Positions 52,713 to 64,000 of a stretch of 64,000 nucleotides of DNA are shown here, piece after piece; the stretch's first letter is position 1, and each line of letters opens with the position of its first letter. Below the pieces are notes generated by a model, which was given only the letters and a program-made list of their open reading frames with translations, had not been told where the DNA came from and searched no databases. Position numbers and translations under genes: made by a program. This DNA comes from Octopus sinensis (taxonomy: Eukaryota), in NCBI RefSeq assembly GCF_006345805.1, contig NC_042999.1, positions 92,938,001-93,002,000 on the forward strand, written 5' to 3'.

Positions 52713-54503
52713 ATATATATGTATATATGACAATTTTTTTGAGTGTTTGAAAATGCATCTTAATCTCAAAACGTGTAGTCGATTTTAAAAATCTTGCTTA
52801 TCAATTTCGTTTCAACAATGTTTTGCATAACAATGGTAAAAATATATAAATAACGTGTTTAGGAGAGCTTAAAATTACGAGGTAAAATTCGAAAAGACAA
52901 GTTTAAACGATCAAACGTTCAAATGTTCATAGAAATTTCAATGAGTTTCAGTTATATATGTTTAAATTTTCGACGAAGCTCATAACAAATATTCATAATT
53001 GAATGTTCAGTCATATTTAGTTTTTATTAAAAAAGTTGGAGCGGGGAGACGGAAAAAGATGAGGAGAAATGGGTGTTTATTTCTTGTGATCTTTATCGAA
53101 CATTTAACGCTCTTGTTAGAAACACAAAACTGTTACTTTCATTACAAAAGAAGAGCTACAACTCTACTGGCCCAACGTCTGCTGTCTTATAACCCTCACA
53201 TCTAACACAGAAAATGTGATGACTGCAGCCGAAAATCCTTGCATTTACAAATACTTTTTATCTTGAAACCTAATTTGTGATTATCAGCACCACTTTCATA
53301 ACGCAAGATATATAGGAGACCTACTATACCACGTGAATCTTCAAGCCTGAAAACTTTGGTACCAATTATGTCGTGTTCAAAATCAACGGATATTTAGATC
53401 ATAATTTGTACGAAATTCTCCTGAGAAAGTTTTCCTACTCATGTGGTCTCTTTGATCGAAGATTTTTTCGGCTTGAACGCAATGTGAACTGACAGATGTC
53501 TCTCGTACTCTTCATAAATTTATTGGTCCAAGATATATCTTTGAAGGCACGCAAGTGGTGTCTTATATTTCCCTTACACTGGTAAATAAAGAGTGTTAGG
53601 AAAACAGCATTAAAGGGAAGGAATCTTCTCCGTTAAAAAAAAATACAACAATCACTAATTCATGTTCCACGTATATAGACGCACGCACAGACACCAACAA
53701 ACACGCGCACATACACACAAACTCGCAAATATATATAATTATATGTATATACGTGCGTGTGTGTGTGGTATGGTCAGATAGTTATTGAGCTCTGTGTGTT
53801 TAAATTTGACGGCGCATTTGTATACAGTAATTTTGTGGGTAACATCAATAAAAAATTGGTAGGCTTAGATCTCGCTAAATAAGTACTTAGATGTTCTGTC
53901 TCTATATTTGGGGTACAATTTTAAAATATTTATTTAGAAGCATTTTTCAGCATGTGCCTCAATAAAATGACTACCCTAGTCACGATAAATAATTACACGT
54001 CATGAAAAGCTTCTTCCCTTTGTAAAATACTGGAATACACTTTCAATATCTCGAGATTTATGTTTCCTTTGCTCTCTTTGAGATTCATACTAATGCATTT
54101 TTCATGATGTATTTCTCATCTTCACACAGATTCATGCCAAGTAAAACAGAAAGTACAAACAACAACAATAACAGCAGCAGCAAGCGGCAGCTGCAGCAAC
54201 AAAAGCAACAACAAATGTATTAGGTCTTACTATGTTTTACTAAATATATATAGAGCATAAAATATTTTGTGCGATTATATTGAAACATTTTCGACACACA
54301 ATATGTATGTGTGTACATATGTATGTATGTGTATGTATGTGTGTATGCATGTGTTTGTGTGGTATATATGTATATGTGTATGTATATATTTATGCTTGCA
54401 TACACATACAAACGCACCCACACACGTCTCTTCACTTACATTCACATTGTATTCATCGATATATGAATATAATACATACATATAAACATACGTATGTGTT
54501 TGT

Positions 54504-54541
<38 letters not shown>

Positions 54542-55368
54542 GTGTGAATATTAAATTATCGGGAAACGAAGACTTGTGAGATCACAAACATTATTTCTTT
54601 CAGCCATGCCGAGAGTCTCAAAGACTTTAAAATATTGTCATTTCACGTCACCGGAACATTCTGTCTATCTGGCTGCCATATAAAATAAAAAAATGATAAA
54701 AACGCCATACATTTGGCGTCAGTTGTCTATTTGGTTTTCATTTTGCTGCACCGATTTCAGGTAAATGATTTACAACAGCAAACATGAAGATTTAGAAAAT
54801 AGAATAACAAGGCTTTCTTGATTTATTTCATGTGTTTGATGTTTATTCTTCTTCCTTTAATGATTTCCTATTTATCATTATAAAAGAGAAATCGTTTGAT
54901 GCATGTTTCAGTTCTCTTATTTTATCTTTTCCCTACTTCTCTTGGATTTGAATATTATTTAATAGATTAAATATGAAAGACTTCAGGAAGATATATAGAA
55001 GATTTCTCTGAAACAGACAGAAGACGTTCCGTTTGTATCTCACAATGAAAGGAGTTTTTATGCTGGACATGGCTTTCAGAATAGTTAGAGAGTTCATTCT
55101 AGGGAATGATAACAAGAAAGAATCGAATCATAGTCTCAAAATTTATTTGCCAGCTGTTTTGCCTTTCACATGGAACGAAAGTTTTAGCAAGAAAATATTA
55201 CATTAATACGAAGTGCACTTGAAGATGAAGGAATACACACACACAAAGACACAAACATACAGACACACACACATATACGCAAACACATACACATATTAAC
55301 ACGCAAGTGCATACATATATATGTATATGAATATGTGTATGTATATATATATATGTACACGTATATGC

Positions 55369-55400
<32 letters not shown>

Positions 55401-55450
55401 ATATATATATATATACGTATGCATATATATATATATATACACATCCTTAT

Positions 55451-55484
<34 letters not shown>

Positions 55485-55485
55485 C

Positions 55486-55521
<36 letters not shown>

Positions 55522-55563
55522 GTACATATACATCATACATACATACATACATACATACATACA

Positions 55564-55599
<36 letters not shown>

Positions 55600-56356
55600 T
55601 ATATTCAAAATAAGCAACAAGAATATCTCCAGTAATTTAGTACGATCGTTTCACGGTACATCATTTTATTAAACATTGTAAGTGTTACAAGAGTTTTAAA
55701 ATGTTGAGCAATCATCAGCCATTTATAGAGGTTTTCCTTCAATACATATACTTATTTCCATGTTAATTGATAACATTATAAAGAGGGTAGATATTCAGAT
55801 AGAGATGTTGATTTGAATGTTAAGAACATTAAGGTATTGGAATTTATCTTCTGACTGAAGATTTTCTTTAAGTCATTTTGATCTGGTAGAAAGTGGGGAG
55901 GGATATTCGGTACTTAAGTACCAGAATATGGTACTGACTTAAGTATCATATTCATTTGAATCTAAATTTTGCTGAACTTATATATATATATTCATCCCGT
56001 AGGACTTCTGACATTAACCACATGATTGAGATGGGCTAGAAGATGCAATGTATAACCGGGAAATGTACGTGTACATTGGTATCTAAGGGCGAATTTATCA
56101 GTGGGTATTTTTCTCGTTTATATATTAGTAGTATATTCTACTGAAGATAGTCGAACAATTTTTGCAGGACATGAAATCTCGAGGTATAGAATTATCCAAA
56201 CTTTTGCTTAGTTTCTTACTGATTCAGTTGTGTTCGTACATGTGGTTGAATATAGAGAACAAATTTTAGAGTGGATTGTAAGTATTTGACATCTACTGGT
56301 AGCGCAGGCGCTGGTTATCTCCAGTAGCTCTTAACTATAGTAACATTTTTATAATT

Positions 56357-56429
<73 letters not shown>

Positions 56430-56454
56430 ATATATATATATATATAAATAATAA

Positions 56455-56736
56455 ATATTAGGGAATATATCCAAATTTACAGGGAAAAAAAATCAGATTT
56501 AGGATTAAATCCAATTTTATAGTAAAATATTATAAAATATTATTTGAGACAAAACCACTATTTGCAAAACAAACAAGGAAAGACTTAATCAATACATAAA
56601 ATTTAATAAATAGTCAAAAGACAAGAAACGATTGTAGTGGCGGTTTTTTTGACTATTTATTAAATTTTATGTATTGATTAAGTCTTTCCTTGTTTGTTTT
56701 GCAAAATAGTGGTTTTGTCTCAAATAATATTTTATA
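56455..56736. repeat. Fold-back element with ~89-bp near-perfect arms, between (TA)n tracts
   Basis: 56531-56619 pairs with 56647-56736 (one indel), and the spacer contains GAAACGATTGTA. The head ttagggaNtatatccaaaNttacagg...gatttaggattaaatc is shared with 42738. Confidence 0.88.
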
Positions 56737-56781
56737 TATATATATATATTATATATATATATCACCTCATTGTCATTTTGA

Positions 56782-57918
56782 GAGCTTTGGGAGAGGGCTC
56801 CAATATTGGTGTCTCTGGAAAGTTACTACAATGGATCAAGTGTTTCCTGACAGGCAGAATCAAACATTTTGTAGTCGAAGGAGTAAAATCAAGACCAGCC
56901 AAATACAGTAGTGGTGTCCCACAAGGCACTGTGTTGGGCCCATTTATTTTCATCATCTACATCTCTGACATTACTGACATCATCAAGCACAGTAGCATAA
57001 GAATCTTTGCAGATGATTCTAAGATCCAGATGTCTATCAATTAATGGGTGGCCGGGCATGCGTTCAGTCAGATCTGCAGGCTGGCATCTAATGGGTGGAA
57101 AAGAATAGCATGTTGCTGAATTAGGACAAATTTGAGTTGATCCACTTCGGAAAAGAGGATACCCAGAAACTCCGATACTCCCTTCCTTCAGGTGAAATCT
57201 TCATGGTATCCAACAACATCAGAGACTTGGAAGTAATTGAGGACAACATAAGCTGGACCGCTCATATAAACAAGAAAGTTGACATGGCGCGCCGAATGTG
57301 TTCCTGGATTCTCAGAACTTTCCAGTCGAGAGATATCTACAGTATTATCTTTCTCTTCTGTACTGTTGCCCGACCCCACCTTGAATACTATTGTTCACTG
57401 TGGTCTCCCCACACGAAACAAAGTATCATTGAAGCACTTCAAATGTCAATCATAAAACAGACCGATAGCATGAAAGGCCTTGTCTACTGGTGTCGACTAG
57501 AAAAGCCAAAGCTTTATTCTCTCCAACGCCACCATAAGCGCTGCATCTGCTGCATGGTGTGGAAAGTATTCCATCGGCATTGCCGAAATGATATTGGCAT
57601 CGCCTTTAAGACACATCCAAGATTTGCACTCCGTGCTGTCCGCCCATAATATAGATCATACTCGCATCACATATACGGCACAAATATTTCACCTCATTTA
57701 GCCCCGCTCTCTTTAACATTACACTAAAACAAATTAAGGCAGAAACAGACCCCATAAAGTGCAAGAGGTTTTTGGACAAATGCCTTCAAACTATCTAGGA
57801 TAAACCGCCTACACCATGTTATGTCTCCATAAACAATAGCTCTCTCCGCGAGTGAGCCATGTTGTCAGATCCCTGATTTGAATGGCTTCGCCAGGTCTGC
57901 TATCAAAATTTCAAGGTA
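56782..57918 (+). mobile_element. 5'-truncated decayed CR1/L2-group LINE (RT 3' half)
   Basis: GVSGKLLQWIKCFLTGR...SGVPQGTVLGPFIFIIYISD...IFADDSKI, then IRDL, W..HI, VARPHLEY..LWSP, L..L.SLQR. Confidence 0.88.
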
Positions 57919-57939
57919 TATATACATACATACATAAAT

Positions 57940-58020
<81 letters not shown>

Positions 58021-58575
58021 CATATATATATATGTATGTATGTATGTATGTATATGTATGCATACATATTTCAAATAATTGATAGGGAAGACAGAATGTA
58101 CTGTAAACTTTCTTTCGGCTTTCATTTCCGTTAATGGATTTGTGAACTATAAACGCATGCATCATGCAAAGACTATGCTGCCATACATCGTAGCTAAATG
58201 TATATATAATACTGTAACGTATCATGTTGGCTGATGAGTTTTCGTCGACCCTATGGGGTACATTGGATTTCAATATATCGTTCCCCACCCAGGAAGGAGT
58301 TGTGCAGTTGTAGGCCGAAACGATCGGCGTGCTAAATAAAGCTTACTGTAAACTCTGTCTTCCCTATTAGTTATTTAAAATGTGGTGAAATTGCACTGAT
58401 TAATTCTCTACGCAGATCCTGCGATCAAAATGTAGTACCGCAGATGAGAGGCTTTGTAACCGCAAGTGACGAATGTTCTCTCAAGGCATACTACTAGGGA
58501 TATACCCAAATGAAGCTTTGGAGTCTTCTACATTTTAAAGTCTTCTATCTAATCTTTAATTTTAGCAATCACCTG

Positions 58576-58625
<50 letters not shown>

Positions 58626-58629
<4 letters not shown>

Positions 58630-58836
58630 ATCCAAACAAGAAAGCACAAAAAAAAACACAACAACGAAAGGACATGGAACAAATATAGTATTATTGGGCG
58701 CTCAGGAAAAAAGGAAAGAAGGAGGGTTTAACGTTTCGAGCGGAGCTCTTCGTCGGAAACATAGGAGAAGGAAAGATCCAGAGAGGGGAAGACAGGAAAA
58801 AAAATCGCCAACGGTACACACGAGGTCACATTTTGA
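58626..58836 (-). mobile_element. Short non-coding HHR-bearing unit whose 3' end abuts (TA)n; probable PLE pLTR derivative
   Basis: (TA)n at 58581-58625 and an HHR-like fold at 58726-58760. Confidence 0.6.
58726..58760 (-). ncRNA. Ultra-minimal hammerhead-like motif (U4C core variant)
   Basis: GTTT-CCGACGA-A-GAGC(tcc)GCTC-GAAA-CG-TT-AAAC, with palindrome AACGTT at the helix III position. Confidence 0.55.
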
Positions 58837-59157
58837 AAGACCAAACATATACATATTTATATATGTAAATTCCATTTATGTTTCAGCCTTGGAGATTACA
58901 TAATAAATCTTGTCGTACGAGTAGCGGCTATGATGTACTATCATCCGACGAATCCCCCGTGCCCCCTGTTCTATTTAGTCCATTCACTCTTTCCATAGTG
59001 TGTATCATTAACTGTGCATGTTTTTCTGTCTGCATCTGTGTGTATTAAATAGCATCTTTAGAATTTTGTGAAAACGCCTGAAATTGGTTGTTCAAGAAAG
59101 ATTTTTTATTAAACTTAGTGTATAATATTGATGCTTTCTTCTCCAGTCATATTGCGC

Positions 59158-59193
<36 letters not shown>

Positions 59194-61677
59194 CCAAATA
59201 AACACTCACAGTATATATTCTTTCTTCACTCGTTTATTATTATTATTATTATTTTATCTTATTGCTATTGTCTGGAAATCTTTCGTTACACAACAGTGAT
59301 CTCTTCAGTGACTCTTCCATCCCACGTTTCCCACCTTACTGTGTTTAGCCCAACCAAAATATACTAGAGATTCATGTTCGTGGATGATACCCATGGCTAC
59401 GATCAGCATGTCTTTTTCGGAAACCTTTAGATAAGGTAAATCTATTAATTAATGTAGTAGAAAGGCTAGGAACTCCCAATAAAATCTCTGATCTGTAGAA
59501 CATATCTATTTGATAGATACGGTGAACTACTGTATAGTATATAAAGTGACCCAACAGGTTAACTGTAAGATTAGGAATGTAGTCTATAGCTTACTACGGT
59601 GCAGAAACAAGACAACTTATCTTGGGAAGCCGGCATGTAGCATAGAGGAGCGGATAAGCGTACACTGGTAGGAGCTCAAAAAGGAGACAATCTCGTCCGT
59701 ACTATCCCAACATGATCAATTTGTACACAGGTTAAGGCATTATCTACGCATAGAACAGACACAACACTTAGACCACGGAGGCAACACACATAATAATAGA
59801 CAAACCGAACCTCAAAAGAAAACACGAATGAAACAATAATACCCACCACCACCACCACCACCACCACCACACTACGTGACACGAGGACTAAAGACAGAAG
59901 CGGCGAAAGAGACAAATACGAACAGTATAATAATTTGTATTGTGAATTTCCTCACTAGAACCGAATGTTCCACATAATAACATAATACAGTTATATCCCC
60001 AGATAATTATTTGGTGTGCAGCAAAAAGCAGTTAAATGGCATCTTCTCAGATGCTTCTTTATTTTGAAAAACGAAAACCAAACTCTTATTGGAAAATCTA
60101 TATAAACCTATATACAAACACATACAAGAAACACATACACAATCTAAGAAAATAGAAAAAGAGATAAATAAATAAATGAAAGGAAAACTATATAAAGGGC
60201 ACGGAATATAAAGAATATAGTGAGCGAACTCATACACACACACCAAAACACATAGAAAACACATAGACACGCGTACACACATGCACGCACACAAGCACCC
60301 CCCACACATACACATATGTATACACGTACTCACACCTCTTGTCTATTCATGTCAATTCCAGTGCTAGATTATCCAATGAGAATTTGGTTTCCTTTATTTA
60401 AAGAAAAACCAAATTTTCTTTAAATAAGAAAATTTATTTAAAGAAAGCGTCTGAGAGGACGTGTCATTTAATTGTTTTTTGATGCACAACAAATTATTAT
60501 TGGTTCTTGTGAGGAAATTCACAACACAAAGTGAATTTCTTGGACCTGGAATTAAAATCAGATCGGTTAACTAACTTACTAGACATGCTGTGAATCCGTC
60601 TACCTTCTGACATTAAATATATCACTAAAAGAGTCGAGTGACGATGAAAGATCCCCAAAGTCGATTCTTTGGAATCATAGCCAAATTCTCTTTAAATCAA
60701 AGTCTGCAATATTTAGAAACGCAAGGGCACATTAGATAATGTATGGAAGTAAAATGATTGAAAAACATATGTAAATGTGACACATATATAAATGTCTATG
60801 ATAATATATCTGTTCCATGAAGTAATGCAAAGACCCACAAAGACCAACATCAACAAGAAGATTTATTACCAAAGGTATCTCTAATTCGGTATATCTGAAA
60901 ACATCTGCCAAATTAATGAAACTGTTGCGTTTGATTTGAGGTAGATTTGGCTCCTATTTTTAAAGGATCGAGCGACCGTGTATTGGCTTGCACGTTCGCT
61001 CGTCAGAATTCTTTTACACTGTGACAGACATGTACATTTAAAATTAGAAAGTCAGTTATATCCGTCAGAGATTGATACCCATGCATACTGTTATAAAAAA
61101 AAGAACCATCCAGTAATCCCTGTCAGTTATTCAGTTGAAATGCTTCAAATATGTCACACTAAGTCATGGTTTATGTAACATGGATACTTTTACGAGTACG
61201 ATTCGCATAAAAGCTATCAAAATATCTAAAGTAGATTTCACAAAGTACTGATGTACTGCTGTAAACTATATCAAATATTTACTATAAGACGTATAAAACA
61301 TACACACAAACAAAACCGCATGCGTTTACGAAGATTTTCTCTCTTTCTCTTTCACACGCATATGCATACAATCACACAGCTATAGGCGCACATTAAAATA
61401 TAAGTATAAAACACACAAACACACACAAACACACGCACAGTCATGTTAGTTGCAGTCGGCTGTAACATACACAGAGATTCGAGGGAGCATAGACTTACCT
61501 ACAAGTTATACGTACAACCATATGCCTGTACTAAATACATGCATTTAGCACAAGCATACTCACGTACACACATACACGATCGCACGCGCGCACACAGTCA
61601 CTCAAATACACACACACATACACACACACACATATATATATATATATACATACATATACATTTGATGTATATGTATA

Positions 61678-61734
<57 letters not shown>

Positions 61735-61738
<4 letters not shown>

Positions 61739-63568
61739 TAATAAATAAAATATATGCATACATACAAACATATATGTACGTACCTACATCTACATGTATA
61801 TATACATGCATATATAAATATATATACGTGTGTACAGGACACCACAAATAGACGTAGAACTCAACGAGAAACGAAAAAGTAAAAACAGCATGGGACGGAC
61901 CACTTTTTAACAACGAAAAAACCAGAGTACAAGACAACTACACAAGGAAAAAACCCCTTCATCAGCTGTCCCTAGTTCAACTCCAGCGTGTTTCGAAGGT
62001 GAGGACAGAAAACGTCTCGCCGAACAAGTCCTTACTGCGAAAGAATTAAATAAAATTCCTTTGCAGAGGGGTAAACACAAGGGAAAAAGAAGTGACAAAA
62101 ACAGGACGTAAAAACAATACAAAATAAAAATACAATTACAAAAAATACAGTACAAGAGGGAATAGAAACAGGACAGGAAAACAAATAATGAAGGCCTATA
62201 AGCCTAGACGAGGAAAAAATTTTCACGAGCGCAGGAAGAAACATGTTTACTTGAAGAAGGCCGCCAGTGAAAGGAAGTTCGTCAACCCGGCTGTGAGAGA
62301 GATGAGGAGGAGTGAGAGAGAGAGAGAGAGAGAGAGATAGAGAGAGGAAGGAAGCCAAAGAGGGTGAAAGAGAGAAGAAGGAGTTATAGAGTTTCGCGTC
62401 ATAATTATGTATAAAAACCAGTTTAGAGAAGAGGAATAACGAATCGAATCGAATAGACGCGAGGGCGCTCAGTCATACAATAGTGTAATAAATAAAATAT
62501 ATGCATACATACACACATATATGTACGTACCTACATCTACATGTATATATACATGCATATATAAATATATATACGTGTGTACAGGAGACCACAAATAGAC
62601 GTAGAACTCAACGAGAAACGAAAAAGTAAAAACAGCATGGAACGGACCATTTTTTTAACAACGAAAAAACAGAGTACAAGACAACTACACAAGGAAAAAT
62701 CCCCTTCATCAGCTGTCCCTAGTTCAACTCCAGCGTGTTTCGAAGGTGAGGACAGAAAACGTCTCGCCGAACAAGTCCTTACTGCGAAAGAATTAAATAA
62801 AATTCCTTTGCAGAGGGGTAAACACAAGGGAAAAAGAAGTGACAAAAACAGGACGTAAAAACAATACAAAATAAAAATACAATTACAAAAAATACAGTAC
62901 AAGAGGGAATAGAAACAGGACAGGAAAACAAATAATGAAGGCCTATAAGCCTAGACGAGGAAAAAATTTTCACGAGCGCAGGAAGAAACATGTTTACTTG
63001 AAGAAGGCCGCCAGTGAAAGGAAGTTCGTCAACCCGGCTGTGAGAGAGATGAGGAGGAGTGAGAGAGAGAGAGAGAGAGAGAGATAGAGAGAGGAAGGAA
63101 GCCAAAGAGGGTGAAAGAGAGAAGAAGGAGTTATAGAGTTTCGCGTCATAATTATGTATAAAAACCAGTTTAGAGAAGAGGAATAACGAATCGAATCGAA
63201 TAGACGCGAGGGCGCTCAGTCATACAATAGTGTAATAAATAAAATATATGCATACATACACACATATATGTACGTACCTACATCTACATGTATATATACA
63301 TGCATATATAAATATATATACGTGTGTACAGGAGACCACAAATAGACGTAGAACTCAACGAGAAACGAAAAAGTAAAAACAGCATGGAACGGACCATTTT
63401 TTTAACAACGAAAAAACAGAGTACAAGACAACTACACAAGGAAAAATCCCCTTCATCAGCTGTCCCTAGTTCAACTCTAGCGTGTTTCGAAGGTGAGGAC
63501 AGAACACGTCTCGCCGAACAAATCCTTCCTGCGAAAAAATTAAATAAAATTCCTTTGCAGAGGGGTAA
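61735..63568 (-). repeat. Head-to-tail tandem of a 747-bp non-coding unit (2.46 copies) starting at a (TA)n tract
   Basis: Units start at 61735, 62482 and 63229 (the last is 340 bp). The duplicated ORFs 62032-62358 and 62779-63105 are exactly 747 bp apart. Confidence 0.95.
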
Positions 63569-64000
63569 GAACGTGTGTGTGTGTGTGTTTATGTGTGTGT
63601 CTATGCGTGTTAGTGTTTGAATGACAGAGTGAAGCTGAAATGTAGTACAACAGTAACCACTTCATACGAGACAGAAGAAAGTTTGGGTTTCTCCAAATGC
63701 AGGAGAAACTAGCGTACATAGACTTGTCGCTTGACACGCTAGCATGTTCAGCACTGTAAAGGGAGACCTAAACTCGATACATACACACGCGTACGCACCT
63801 AATTTTTCGGTAGTTAATAGAACATGTGATCATAATATCAGGTTTCGTTTCCTAGAGTGGATAGTATGTTGTGTGCTGGATAAGAGCGCATTGTTTACGG
63901 TTTCTTGTTCATCAGTGAAAACATGTGTCGCACTGATGCCTTTTCCTAATCCTCTGTCTCTCCTATTCTTGAAGTTAAGCTGACCACATTATAGTAGGTC

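Noticed and set aside
59370-59720. Possible PLE thumb-domain remnant on the minus strand
   Set aside because: The resemblance (IY..V.RI..I...LINRF..KGF) is too weak to support without a profile search.
60381-60446. Two adjacent short AT-rich hairpins
   Set aside because: 10-12-bp AT-rich stems are expected by chance or slippage at this base composition, and there is no associated element.
61940-62005. Functional type II (permuted) hammerhead in the 747-bp unit
   Set aside because: GAAA and CTGATGA are present, but there is no U16.1-H17 after helix III and no helix I between them. Kept only as an orphan motif.
61735-63568. CRISPR-like array or protein-coding tandem gene
   Set aside because: The units are 747 bp with no unique spacers, the ORFs are low-complexity and include GA repeats, and the context is eukaryotic.

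Overview
AT-rich, microsatellite-saturated eukaryotic DNA that is intergenic or intronic. The repeat content (tRNA-derived SINEs with internal CA/TA tracts, abundant TA/CA/TATC/TAA arrays) looks like an octopus-type cephalopod genome; this is an inference. I could not support any host protein-coding exon, and most ORFs in the track are microsatellite artefacts. The window is a transposon graveyard with striking target partitioning: two Tx1/L1-type LINE copies sit in (TATC)n arrays; a near full-length R4/Dong-type RLE LINE, a second RLE 3' fragment and an 18S rRNA fragment sit in (TAA)n arrays; and a Penelope-like element (PLE; RT + C-terminal GIY-YIG) plus many short non-coding PLE-like units sit in (TA)n arrays. 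There are also decayed mariners, MITEs, a CR1/L2-type RT fragment and SINEs. The most interesting signal is non-coding: several (TA)n-embedded units carry minimal hammerhead ribozyme (HHR) folds with palindromic helix III. One has a canonical core and an 85-nt helix II, one has a compensatory G3-C8 core swap (GUGAACA), and one has a U4C core. Long fold-back/inverted-repeat insertions and a 747-bp tandem concatemer also occur in (TA)n and appear to be products of the same PLE machinery.
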